A stretch of DNA of 64,000 bases from a virus, in IMG/VR virus record IMGVR_UViG_3300021399_000004, positions 32,001 through 96,000 of that record; one strand, given 5' to 3'. Below are positions 11,280-19,765 of the stretch, piece by piece. The position numbers and the translations under genes were made by a program. The notes below the pieces were generated by a model that saw only the letters and a list, made by a program, of their open reading frames with translations, was not told the DNA's origin and did not search any database. Every line of letters begins with the position of its first letter. Position 1 is the stretch's first letter.

Positions 11280-11314
11280 AAAAAAATACGCCCCTCAGGG
11301 CAAAACCTGAGGGG
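11280..11314 (-). terminator. Rho-independent terminator
   Basis: CCCCTCAGG-GCAAAA-CCTGAGGGG stem with an A-rich plus-strand flank (T-run on minus). Confidence 0.7.
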
Positions 11315-11316
11315 CC

Positions 11317-11415
11317 TTATACTTCATCTAACCTATTCGCGCTAATAAGCGCTGTCAAAAATATCCCAAAAATTGCTCCAAGCGCAAAGATCACTAAACA
11401 TCCCCAAATACTCAT
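11317..11415 (-). CDS. Small membrane peptide
   Basis: MSIWGCLVIFALGAIFGIFLTALISANRLDEV, ends TAA just before the terminator. Confidence 0.4.
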   Translation of the reverse strand: MSIWGCLVIFALGAIFGIFLTALISANRLDEV

Positions 11416-11693
11416 GCCGCATCATCTTCCTTTTGGAGCCGCCTAATCTGACGTTCAATTTTATTTACAATATTATAATTATATGGTCCTCGCGCCAGTA
11501 GTACCCTCTGCCTAGCACGAAGAATTTCAATCTTGGTTTCATTACTCATCATACGGAAAATTTCCTCCATTATTTTTAAAATATAGAAAGACTAATGTAA
11601 TGAAAATTATGTATAATAGACCGATAATTATATCCATACCCCTCACCTTTATGTACCAAAAGAATTATTTATCTATGTTAAAATTAGCGCTGA

Positions 11694-12932
11694 TTAACTA
11701 TGATATTTCATCAAATATTCGGGTGAGACGCATTTAAATGATTTTACGCCATCGAGAGAACGGCATACGATGCCTTCCTTTAATTCTCCATTAATAACCG
11801 AAGGCTGGCTATTTACATACTCTCGAAGTTCTTCTACTGAATCAGGTAGAATATATGCTTCATTAAGAATTGGCACACATGGAACATTATATTTTTCTTC
11901 AAGAAGTTTCTTCATCTCACAACTGTTCCAGCGCCCTTTATCGGAAGTAATAAGGTTAAAAGCCATAAAATCATGACCTTTTAGCCCATAAGTATTGCGC
12001 TGGACTCCTTCTCCATAAGTTTCTCCCTGGATTGTAACCCATTTTGCAGAAGGAGTTTCTTTAAGGAACTGAGATAATACTTCAAACATATGGTATTTTT
12101 CAGCCATTTCTAAATAAATATTAGAGTCATAATAGCATTGTTTTTTATTTTCATTACCAAAACATACATTACGAGAGCAGACATAAAATTCTTTCTTATT
12201 AAATCTGCCACGTCTCATCGTGAAAGTAGTTGATGAACCATCACACTTCTCTGTTACAATCCAAGGACTTTTATCTTTGAGTGTCCAAATTTGGTTTTCA
12301 ATTCTTTCTTCGTCAGTCTTTTTTACCCACGCAGGCCAATTATTCTTCTTATCGCCTTTTCTCCCGAAAAGTAAAAACATTATCTTGCGGCCGCACTTAT
12401 ATTTCATAAGCCAACGCACAATTGGCTTCTTGAAAATCTTAGGATGCCGTTGCGCCATTTTCTTGTATTTATCTATAGATGGCGCTTTGCGCTGATTATC
12501 CTCTTCATCTGCATAAGTTACACCAAGCTGCTTAGTCAGGAAACGAGATTCGTTTTCTACATTATGGCTATGTCCTTCATTATCTATGATATAAGGAGTA
12601 TTATATCCTTCAATATTGAGCGCGGGCGCAACATGCCATCCAAAATCTTCTGCGCTCATTAGTAAGCCTTGCGACACAACTTTGCACATTTTAAGGGTCT
12701 TAATTTTATAATTGCGCTTTTCAAGGAAAGCAAAGCACTCTTTATTTGAAGGCACCTTAGAGTCAATCTCAAAGTAAATACCAGGGTCGCCTGGTTTAAA
12801 TTGATCCTTCTTAACTATAACGGCCCAACCGCCAACATGCGCCAATTCTACTCGATCATATCCTGTAATAGAGCTGATCGTATCAACAGTAACTATATAA
12901 CAAAGCTCTCTTTCGCCCGCGGAATTAAGCAT
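11694..12932 (-). CDS. RNA ligase (T4 Rnl2/DRB0094-like)
   Basis: 'PWIVTEKCDGSSTTFTMRR' (KxDG), 'TIQGETYGEGVQ', 'KEGIVCRSLDGVKSFKCVSPEYLMKY'; N-terminal OB-like 'HVGGWAVIVKKDQFKPGDPGIYFEIDSKVP'. Confidence 0.85.
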   Translation of the reverse strand: MLNSAGERELCYIVTVDTISSITGYDRVELAHVGGWAVIVKKDQFKPGDPGIYFEIDSKVPSNKECFAFLEKRNYKIKTLKMCKVVSQGLLMSAEDFGWHVAPALNIEGYNTPYIIDNEGHSHNVENESRFLTKQLGVTYADEEDNQRKAPSIDKYKKMAQRHPKIFKKPIVRWLMKYKCGRKIMFLLFGRKGDKKNNWPAWVKKTDEERIENQIWTLKDKSPWIVTEKCDGSSTTFTMRRGRFNKKEFYVCSRNVCFGNENKKQCYYDSNIYLEMAEKYHMFEVLSQFLKETPSAKWVTIQGETYGEGVQRNTYGLKGHDFMAFNLITSDKGRWNSCEMKKLLEEKYNVPCVPILNEAYILPDSVEELREYVNSQPSVINGELKEGIVCRSLDGVKSFKCVSPEYLMKYHS

Positions 12933-13164
12933 TTTTGTTTAACCTCCAATGAAAGAACTCATCATGACTACCAATGTCATAATGAATTTCTCCGTCACTT
13001 TCCCATGTACGAATGTAATGGGATTTAAAGTTTTTACCATCTCTACGCTTCTTATTACACTCATCTACAAACTTATTAATTTCTCTATATACCTGCTCTT
13101 GATTATCGCAATTTGCGATAACCTTACGCTCACCATAATGATTTTCAAAATAAAGCTCGCCCAT
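12925..13164 (-). CDS. Hypothetical protein
   Basis: Open ORF, 79 aa, overlapping the RNA ligase start. Confidence 0.55.
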   Translation of the reverse strand: MGELYFENHYGERKVIANCDNQEQVYREINKFVDECNKKRRDGKNFKSHYIRTWESDGEIHYDIGSHDEFFHWRLNKNA

Positions 13165-13165
13165 A

Positions 13166-14008
13166 TTACTTAATCTCCTTACAATAATATACGACAGTTT
13201 GCTTTACGCCTTCATATTCTCGATGCTCTTTAACTTTCATTCTCAAATTGTATACCTTATCTACTTCGAGGCTTTTTGATGAAGTAGACCAAACATAAAC
13301 ATTACCTTCATTATCTTCCATCACATGAAAATTAGAAGCTCCATAATAACCATCATTACGAATATTTTTCTTAATAGTGACTTCTTTTTCAAGCCAGTTA
13401 CCTACTTCGCCCTGATAATCACTAGTGCTTTCACCATACAATTTAGTATGGACATACCGCCGCACTTCATCGTTATCCCGCATAGTAAGTCCTTCAGGGT
13501 CATTATTATCCTTAACTTCATCCCACTGAAGAACAACCTTCTCTATTTCATCAGGAAGGTTCACAATCTCCATCCTGCTCGGGCAGAACCATCCAAAGAA
13601 AGTATTATATCGTGCACGGCAGGGCGAAGTCTCATGAGCCCAATCATCAAGGACTTTGCTGTCTCCACGGAAGATAGTAATGAATCCGGCTTCTCCAAAA
13701 CCGAAAGCATTTTTTGCCGCAAACTTAATTCTACGCTGCTCTACCTTAGCCTCTTTTGCGGCCTGACGCTTTTCTGCCGCTTTATCCATGGCAGCACGCT
13801 GGGCATCGGTATACCACCGCACTTCCATGTACTCATAGCCGCGGCCGCCACAACGGTAACAAGTAGTGTCGCCCTGCGCGTTCATTGAATAGTGTCCTGA
13901 ACCGCCGCACCGCTTGCAAGCTCCTTTTACTCGAACCCACATCTTCTTTTCGCGCTCAAAGGGTTCACCACAAATTTCCATGTTTTCATAGCTACGGGCA
14001 ACTGCCAT
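13166..14008 (-). CDS. DnaJ-type zinc-finger protein
   Basis: 'CKRCGGSGHYSMNAQGDTTCYRCGGRGYEY' (two CxxCGGxG units). Confidence 0.7.
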   Translation of the reverse strand: MAVARSYENMEICGEPFEREKKMWVRVKGACKRCGGSGHYSMNAQGDTTCYRCGGRGYEYMEVRWYTDAQRAAMDKAAEKRQAAKEAKVEQRRIKFAAKNAFGFGEAGFITIFRGDSKVLDDWAHETSPCRARYNTFFGWFCPSRMEIVNLPDEIEKVVLQWDEVKDNNDPEGLTMRDNDEVRRYVHTKLYGESTSDYQGEVGNWLEKEVTIKKNIRNDGYYGASNFHVMEDNEGNVYVWSTSSKSLEVDKVYNLRMKVKEHREYEGVKQTVVYYCKEIK

Positions 14009-14097
14009 ACTTGTTACCTTCCTTTCTCAACCTTACATATATATTATAGCAAAAAATTAAAAAAAAGACAAGTTTTTCACTTGTCTAAATTATTTAT

Positions 14098-14514
14098 TTA
14101 AACATACCAAACAATATACTGAAATGGCTGCTTCTTAATCCAATTCTTCGTAAAGGTCGAAACAGGATAATAACGATATTCACTATCAGAAACGTATGCA
14201 AGACCATCGTTCTTAGTTAGCTCTTCATCTTCCATCTTTTGTAGAAAATCATCTACAGTATAAAGAACTCCATTGGAAGGATCACGCTCCCAATCCTTTA
14301 GTTCTACACTATCAAAATATAGATGTTCATATGGGATTTGAGGCTCAAGAATCCCATCTACATTCATAATACTAAAAAATAGTCCTTCTGGCGTAAGCTT
14401 TACACCATTAGGGAGTAGCTCTCCAACGCGCCAACCACTATTATGCTTATATAGTACACGACGGCCAGCAAAAATCTTAGTTTCCATTTTTTCTCCTTTA
14501 TGCTCTAAATTCAT
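14098..14514 (-). CDS. Hypothetical protein
   Basis: Open ORF, 138 aa. Confidence 0.55.
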   Translation of the reverse strand: MNLEHKGEKMETKIFAGRRVLYKHNSGWRVGELLPNGVKLTPEGLFFSIMNVDGILEPQIPYEHLYFDSVELKDWERDPSNGVLYTVDDFLQKMEDEELTKNDGLAYVSDSEYRYYPVSTFTKNWIKKQPFQYIVWYV

Positions 14515-14749
14515 CTAGCCAATTAGGCATCATATCTTCTGGTTCAGTTACATTAATAAAATAAGTGTCGTCAGGATGATCTGCGGAAAAATACAAAACT
14601 CCAAATAATGAACGAGCATTTACTCGATGAGTTCCATCTTCAGATTCTAACATATATTTCGTTGATGTCCCATCACTATTAAGTAGCCTTACAAATTTTT
14701 CTGCGTCTGCCCCAGTTATAATACGAATTTTAGTTCTAAAATATCCCAT
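14498..14749 (-). CDS. Hypothetical protein
   Basis: Open ORF, 83 aa, overlapping its neighbours. Confidence 0.5.
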   Translation of the reverse strand: MGYFRTKIRIITGADAEKFVRLLNSDGTSTKYMLESEDGTHRVNARSLFGVLYFSADHPDDTYFINVTEPEDMMPNWLDEFRA

Positions 14750-14955
14750 TATCCCTTCTCCACTGTTTCTCGAACTGCATCATCAGTAAGCGGTGATTCA
14801 AGTTCATACAGATAAATACTAAGAATATTATCTGCACCATAATACTTAATTAGTTCATCACAGGCGGCGGCGTAAGATGTTGCGCCAAGAATTCCCTTGT
14901 CACTGTTATCCTTATGTTCGACAGTATCAAAATATTCTACCTTGAAACGAAACAT
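14749..14955 (-). CDS. Hypothetical protein
   Basis: Open ORF, 68 aa; preceded by a GGAG-like RBS on the minus strand. Confidence 0.55.
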   Translation of the reverse strand: MFRFKVEYFDTVEHKDNSDKGILGATSYAAACDELIKYYGADNILSIYLYELESPLTDDAVRETVEKG

Positions 14956-14983
14956 AATTTTGTTTTCTCCTTTTTAATTATTA

Positions 14984-15055
14984 AGCGCGATAACGGACTC
15001 GAACCGTCACGGAAACCTTGGAAGGGTTTAATGACTACCATTACATCAATCGCGC
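14984..15055 (-). tRNA. tRNA-Gly(TCC)
   Basis: Acceptor GCGCGAT/ATCGCGC, anticodon arm AAACC-CTTCCAA-GGTTT, T-arm with TTCGAGT. Confidence 0.8.
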
Positions 15056-15245
15056 ATAGTATGCCTTATCTAACATACCTGTTGGCGCATACTACCGCAG
15101 CCGAAGCGTTCGTCGTTCACGAGACACTGGTTAGATTTTGAAGTATTAAGTAAGAAGTTCATCTATACTCACTTCTCCCTATCCAGCCGCCGGACTTCAA
15201 CCGACCCGTCACATCCTGTCAATTCAGGCTTTACTCGGCTTGAAG

Positions 15246-15320
15246 CGCTCCCTGTAGGACTTGAACCTACGACCCATTGCTTAACAGGCAATTGCTGCTA
15301 CCGACTGAGCTAAAGGAGCA
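15246..15320 (-). tRNA. tRNA-Asn(GTT)
   Basis: Acceptor GCTCCTT/AGGGAGC, anticodon arm ATTGC-CTGTTAA-GCAAT, T-arm GTAGG-TTCAAGT-CCTAC. Confidence 0.85.
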
Positions 15321-15363
15321 TTTCTTTTTTACAATATTATTATACATAAAATTTTATAAAAAG

Positions 15364-15705
15364 TCAAAACATACGCTCATTAATTTTTGTATAATTTTCT
15401 ATTGGAGCTTCAATACAATCATTGCAAAAAGGGTAAATCCAATTACGGCTTAACCACATTGCAGGTTTACCACATACAATACATGTATTAGCAGATTGAT
15501 CCTCATACTTATCTTCTATATCACGAATTGCATCTATTTTACAAGTACTAAAAACATCCATACGGCCCCATTTCTCTTTCATATATGTAACCGTATAAGT
15601 TGGATCAAGCTCTTCACATTCTTTAATCATTTGTCTAGCAAGTTGGTGCCATCCTTCTGGTAAATTATCTAGAAAATAATAATTATCCATATATCCCGCC
15701 ATCAC
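15364..15705 (-). CDS. Zinc-binding hypothetical protein
   Basis: CxxC pairs 'CIVCGKPAMW...CNDC'. Confidence 0.6.
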   Translation of the reverse strand: MMAGYMDNYYFLDNLPEGWHQLARQMIKECEELDPTYTVTYMKEKWGRMDVFSTCKIDAIRDIEDKYEDQSANTCIVCGKPAMWLSRNWIYPFCNDCIEAPIENYTKINERMF

Positions 15706-15733
15706 TTCAAATTCGCATTGTCCTTTTTAAATC

Positions 15734-15870
15734 AAAGCGGATGAGGATTTGCACCTCACATATCAGAGCATTTCGGGCCGTTCGCTTCGCACATTTCTAA
15801 GGCTATACTCACGTTATAGCTATGCCGCCTCTGACTCCCCTTTAAGCGTCTACCTATTCCGCCACCACTT
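15734..15870 (-). tRNA. tRNA-Leu-like element with anomalous long interior (137 nt)
   Basis: 5' AAGTGGTGGCGGAATAGGTAGACGC (Leu-type D-arm) and 3' TGAGG-TGCAAAT-CCTCA + TCCGCTT; ends pair, interior is not a canonical anticodon arm. Confidence 0.4.
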
Positions 15871-15985
15871 TAAGTCCGTTTTTAATTAGCAGACCAAGCC
15901 TTCTCCCAACAGTCTGCCATGAGCCACACCGTCCGTTATTTACAGCCACGCACTACGGCTTTGACAAGGTGGCTCGCCCCTTAAT

Positions 15986-16096
15986 TATGCGGGTGAGGAT
16001 TTGCACCTCACATGAGCCGCCATAATCCCCGTATGCCAACGGTTCGTCAACAGCTCTTTTGTTGGCTTCCAGCGTCTACCTATTCCGCCACCGCAT
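15986..16096 (-). tRNA. Second tRNA-Leu-like element (111 nt)
   Basis: Same GGCGGAATAGGTAGACGC D-arm and identical TGAGG-TGCAAAT-CCTCA T-arm as 15734..15870, with a diverged interior. Confidence 0.4.
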
Positions 16097-16402
16097 TATG
16101 TAGTAACCCCGTGTTTATTCTTTTGAGCTTTCTGCATACTACTCTGACCAGCTCAATATTTGTGGTGTGCTATTACGCCAAATCTCATATTTCTATTATC
16201 TATCGGTACTTCATACTCGTAGGTCATTATAACAAATGTAGCCTACAATACATTTTGCGCCAATAGAGAAATTAAGAACTCCTTAGCTGAATGGCTGCCT
16301 CTAAGCCAACAGTCCACAATAAATAAGTGGCTGAGGAGACTCTTGTGCGCTCATTTAATCATTTACATTAATCTGTCTAATGAACCACTTTAATTTATAG
16401 AA

Positions 16403-16942
16403 TTACGGCCATTCCCCAAGCGGCATACCAAGGCCAGCGCGCTCAACATTAGTATTAAAAAACACGCCATCAGTTGCAGGACCAGTCAAAAGCTCATCAG
16501 CAATAGTCTCATATAGAGTGCTAATTACACCATGGCAGTCATTTAGATTATCAGCCGCGAATTGCACTACGCAATTATTGAAAACAACATAAGTAGTACC
16601 AATCCACTGATACCCCTCTTCCGCAGGGCAAACAGAATACGCATAAGCAGGATTTCCCTTAAAAGCAGCATCAAATAGTTCAACCTTGCTCTTAAAAGCA
16701 CGGTTACTTGGTACACCATCTACTGCTACCTTTAGGGTAACATTACCAAAAGAAATTTCATCTGGTAGAATTTGCATTAGCGCGGCCACCTTGTCGCCGT
16801 TATTGCAAGCAAATACAATCGAAGGAGTGGAACCACCAAAATCACAGTTACATGCAATCTGAGGATCGCCATCAAATAGTGCTTCAAACTTACGAATTAC
16901 AATAGTCCAAGGAGGAAGAATCTTTAGCCTTGCATTACTCAT
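16403..16942 (-). CDS. Hypothetical protein
   Basis: Open ORF of 179 aa between tRNA genes. Confidence 0.65.
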   Translation of the reverse strand: MSNARLKILPPWTIVIRKFEALFDGDPQIACNCDFGGSTPSIVFACNNGDKVAALMQILPDEISFGNVTLKVAVDGVPSNRAFKSKVELFDAAFKGNPAYAYSVCPAEEGYQWIGTTYVVFNNCVVQFAADNLNDCHGVISTLYETIADELLTGPATDGVFFNTNVERAGLGMPLGEWP

Positions 16943-16983
16943 ATTTTTAACCTCTCTATTCTCAATATACCCTTTCGGGTTAA

Positions 16984-17055
16984 TACCCCATATATGAGTT
17001 GAACATATATAACGTGCTTAGAAGGCACGGGCTCTCTCCGTTGAGCTAATGAGGC
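16984..17055 (-). tRNA. tRNA-Arg(TCT)
   Basis: Acceptor GCCTCAT/ATGGGGT, anticodon arm CGTGC-CTTCTAA-GCACG, T-arm ATATG-TTCAACT-CATAT. Confidence 0.85.
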
Positions 17056-17058
17056 ATA

Positions 17059-17131
17059 TGCCCGTGGTGGGAGTTGGACCCTACTTAACTCAGATTAAAA
17101 GTCTGATGCCTGGCCGTTAGGCTACACGAGC
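17059..17131 (-). tRNA. tRNA-Lys(TTT)
   Basis: Acceptor GCTCGTG/CACGGGC, anticodon arm TCAGA-CTTTTAA-TCTGA. Confidence 0.8.
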
Positions 17132-17137
17132 TTATGA

Positions 17138-17208
17138 CTGGGGTAGCAGGATTCGAACCTACGATGTTGGAGTCAAAGTCCAGAGCCTTACCACTTGGCG
17201 ATACCCCA
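17138..17208 (-). tRNA. tRNA-Gln(TTG)
   Basis: TGGGGTATCGCCAAGTGGTAAGGC...CTTTGAC...TTCGAAT...TACCCCA, discriminator G; classic Gln tRNA. Confidence 0.9.
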
Positions 17209-17223
17209 ATAACTTGACCGAAG

Positions 17224-17454
17224 TCAAGTATGATTAGAAACGTCAGATGCGTTAATAGTTATTTTATCGGCAGTAGTAGTAGTAACAACTGGATATGCTG
17301 TCGCCCACCACTCGCCAAGCCATCCTGAGCAATGTGAACAAAATGTCATAAAAGGAGAATTACTTCTGCCGCATTTAGGACAAATCCAACCAGTTGGTTC
17401 TTTTACATCAGGCTTTGGCCGCCAATTAGCACAATTTTCGCAAGTCTTTTCCAT
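17224..17454 (-). CDS. Zinc-ribbon protein
   Basis: 'CENCANW...GWICPKCGRSNSPFMTFCSHCSGWLGEW'. Confidence 0.65.
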   Translation of the reverse strand: MEKTCENCANWRPKPDVKEPTGWICPKCGRSNSPFMTFCSHCSGWLGEWWATAYPVVTTTTADKITINASDVSNHT

Positions 17455-17551
17455 AATATCACCTTTAAAATAAAATGGTGTGGCTTCACGTCACCACAAC
17501 GACATATGGGTTCTTGCGCGGGCTAACCTCTTTTGTTCTAAAAGCCACTAG

Positions 17552-17626
17552 TACCCTCGGTGGGAGTTGAACCCACAGAAAACCACATTTTGAGTGTGGC
17601 GCATATGCCAATTCTGCTACGAGGGC
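17552..17626 (-). tRNA. tRNA with anticodon CAA (Leu codon UUG) but short variable loop
   Basis: Acceptor GCCCTCG/CGAGGGT, anticodon arm CCACA-CTCAAAA-TGTGG, T-arm GTGGG-TTCAACT-CCCAC, variable loop only about 6 nt. Confidence 0.75.
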
Positions 17627-17634
17627 ATAAATAG

Positions 17635-18036
17635 TGCGGGTAGCCGGACTTGAACCGGCACGCCTTACGGCAACAGATTTTCTTACTACTCCATATTACT
17701 ATGGCCGCTTTCGCGTTGTAGTCTGGACTATGTTTTCACCTTATCTTACGACTTAGGTGGCTGGTATATAGTCTCTACACATTTATAATAATAGCTTCCC
17801 GCCGCCAGTTCTTCGACTCTTATCGGCGTTTCTGTCGGGCGCGACCCGCATCCCTGTTTTGCATCTTATTCAGGTTTCTCCTGAACCGACCTTCATCGGT
17901 GCTATTATTAATTTAGCTCGGCGTTATCCCATAAGGATTTTCACCGAATTAGCCAGCATTCACTCAGAAAGTTTCCTATTCTGGTGCTCTTTGTTTTACA
18001 AAAGTCTGTGGTGTCTGCCTATTCCACCATACCCGC
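17635..18036 (-). tRNA. tRNA-Leu(TAA) interrupted in the anticodon loop
   Basis: 5' exon GCGGGTATGGTGGAATAGGCAGACACCACAGACTT and 3' exon AAAATCTGTTGCCGTAAGGCGTGCCGGTTCAAGTCCGGCTACCCGC; joined loop CTTAAAA gives anticodon TAA; acceptor and anticodon stems pair across the insert. Confidence 0.92.
17682..18001 (-). ncRNA. Group I self-splicing intron (about 320 nt)
   Basis: Inserted between U34 and A35 (5' exon ends in U, intron ends in G). Core-like 'CTAATTCGGTGAAAATC...AACGCCGAGCT' and 'GTAGAGACTATATACC...AAACATAGTCCAGAC' (P7-type). Confidence 0.9.
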
Positions 18037-18201
18037 AAATTACACGGTGACGCTCACAATTTACCGTAATTTCCCTTATAAGGCCCTGAGGTGGACCCTG
18101 GCGTCTTGTTCTGGCCGTCATCAAGCTCTTCGGCCTGCTTACGACGACTCCACGATGAAGAAAAAACTACCACTCAATCGCTTCCTTTCTTATACATTAT
18201 A

Positions 18202-18387
18202 TCAAAATTCTTCTTCATTGTCAAGATTATCCATGAATAAATTTTCATAATAATCTTCAATTTTAATACCTTGCAAAGTTGAAGGAATTCCTTCAATTAA
18301 CGGATCAATTTCTGGTAGTTCGTCAAAATTTACATAGTATTCATCTCGCATACAATCCTCCCCCTTGGAATTGAACCAAGGACACAC
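18202..18387 (-). CDS. Small acidic hypothetical protein (overlaps tRNA-Ile)
   Basis: Open ORF, 61 aa; N-terminal part overlaps the tRNA, so the start may lie at the internal Met. Confidence 0.35.
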   Translation of the reverse strand: MCPWFNSKGEDCMRDEYYVNFDELPEIDPLIEGIPSTLQGIKIEDYYENLFMDNLDNEEEF

Positions 18388-18428
18388 GACTTATAAGGAC
18401 GCTGCTCTCACCGCTGAGCTAGAGGAGG
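18356..18428 (-). tRNA. tRNA-Ile(TAT)
   Basis: Acceptor CCTCCTC/GGGGAGG, anticodon loop CTTATAA, T-arm CTTGG-TTCAATT-CCAAG. Confidence 0.75.
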
Positions 18429-18429
18429 A

Positions 18430-18615
18430 TTAATCCTCCACATTTAAACTTTTGCTAATAGTATCTTCATGATACCCCAGTGCGAGTGAAAAGTACCGAA
18501 ACTTATCTACTAATTCCGAATATGTTAGACCTTCATCTCCTGTAGAAAACTTGTAATGAATTTCATCACCGTCACTGTTCGTATAAACAAATTCGTACTG
18601 TTCTTTGAAATCCAC
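18430..18615 (-). CDS. Small hypothetical protein
   Basis: Open ORF, 61 aa. Confidence 0.5.
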   Translation of the reverse strand: MDFKEQYEFVYTNSDGDEIHYKFSTGDEGLTYSELVDKFRYFSLALGYHEDTISKSLNVED

Positions 18616-18664
18616 TCTTATCCCCTCGCTATCATATATATTATATCAAAATTTTTATTGCAAG

Positions 18665-19117
18665 TCAACTTCTTTGCCATTCAAAAATTTCATAATTATG
18701 TTCTTGAAACCATCTATGGATTATTGTTCTTTCACTACATTTCTTTTCTGGTTTTTCGTAAACCATTAAAGCAAAATCTACACTATCTAACCCCTCTCCA
18801 GCAGCAATTTTATCCGACATATCTTGTAATTTATCAATAAAAGCATGAAAATTAATTTTACATAATTGCTTATAATATACTCTTAGAAATTGACAATCTT
18901 CTGGATGAGGAGGCTCACAGCATCCATTACATAAGTGATTACATGCTGGGCCAGGAATAAGTGGCGGAATATTCAAACCAATAATAACTCCACGGGCATC
19001 TTTCCCCTACGTTTCAGGCGTCCCAAAATACTTTGGCGGCCAGACCGCAGTTGATAATGGTACTAAATTTTTAGGGAAAAAGCGCACCTAATAGAAATAG
19101 GATGTATAAATCTTCAT
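18665..19117 (-). CDS. Conserved hypothetical (DUF488-like appearance), TAG-recoded
   Basis: Supplied 18665..18976 extends through TAG to MKIYTSYFYQVRFFPKNLVPLSTAVWPPKYFGTPETQGKDARGVIIGLNIPPLIPGP..., start ATG at 19117. Confidence 0.75.
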
Positions 19118-19323
19118 TCCACTAAATCAACCTTCCATCCAAAATAGTTATTATATACAATTGTATTAGCTGTTCCACAGACAGGACAAGTTATATAATC
19201 TTCTTCTTGATTATATTGCATGCTTGTCTATACGTCGTCTTTAGTAAATTCTAGAATAGACCCGCAACGCTTACAAGACATTCGTCCAACGCTAGGACGA
19301 TAGGCGCGTTCAATAACTCTCAT
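19114..19323 (-). CDS. Small zinc-ribbon protein, TAG-recoded
   Basis: Absent from ORF track. MRVIERAYRPSVGRMSCKRCGSILEFTKDDVQTSMQYNQEEDYITCPVCGTANTIVYNNYFGWKVDLVE; TGA overlaps the next ATG. Confidence 0.7.
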
Positions 19324-19341
19324 TTATATCTCTCCTTTTAA

Positions 19342-19428
19342 CGACACTAGCACGGCTCGAACGTGCATACCCTGTTACAAGTAACCGCAGATTAGCAATC
19401 TGGTGCGTTACCATTCCGCCATAGTGTC
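19342..19428 (-). tRNA. tRNA-Ser(GCT)
   Basis: Acceptor GACACTA/TAGTGTC, loop TTGCTAA, long variable arm, discriminator G. Confidence 0.85.
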
Positions 19429-19587
19429 ATTTTAGATGTGCTATTACGCCAAATTTCTTATCTATTGCCCACCGCACATCATACTTATAGGACATATAAT
19501 TGTAAGCCTATAATACATTTTGCACGAATGGAGAAAAGAAAACTCCTTAGCTGATGGCTGCTTCTAAGCCTACAGTTCTAAAATAAG

Positions 19588-19672
19588 CGACAGTACCAAG
19601 ACTCGAACTTGGGCACCCGTTAAGATGGCTACGGATTAGCAATCAGGTGCGTTACCATTCCGCCATAGTGTC
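19588..19672 (-). tRNA. Second tRNA-Ser(GCT)-like gene, partly degenerate
   Basis: Identical 5' half GACACTATGGCGGAATGGTAACGCACC; mismatches in anticodon stem (CCTGA/TCCGT) and acceptor. Confidence 0.65.
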
Positions 19673-19679
19673 AAAAAAA

Positions 19680-19749
19680 TCGAAGATGTGCGATTTGAAC
19701 GCCAACTAGTCGTCCCAAGCGACTCGTGTTACCAGATTACACTACATCC
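19680..19749 (-). tRNA. tRNA-Pro(TGG)
   Basis: Acceptor CGAGGAT/ATCTTCG, anticodon arm AGTCG-CTTGGGA-CGACT. Confidence 0.75.
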
Positions 19750-19765
19750 TCGATATTTTTAAAAT

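Noticed and set aside
14914-15141. Plus-strand ORF 14914..15141
   Set aside because: Overlaps tRNA-Gly and the 14749..14955 minus-strand gene; lacks RBS and homology signals.
17682-18001. Homing endonuclease or group II intron in the tRNA-Leu insert
   Set aside because: 320 nt is too small for an ORF-bearing intron and core motifs and boundaries match group I. The track ORF at 17859..18050 (+) is antisense.
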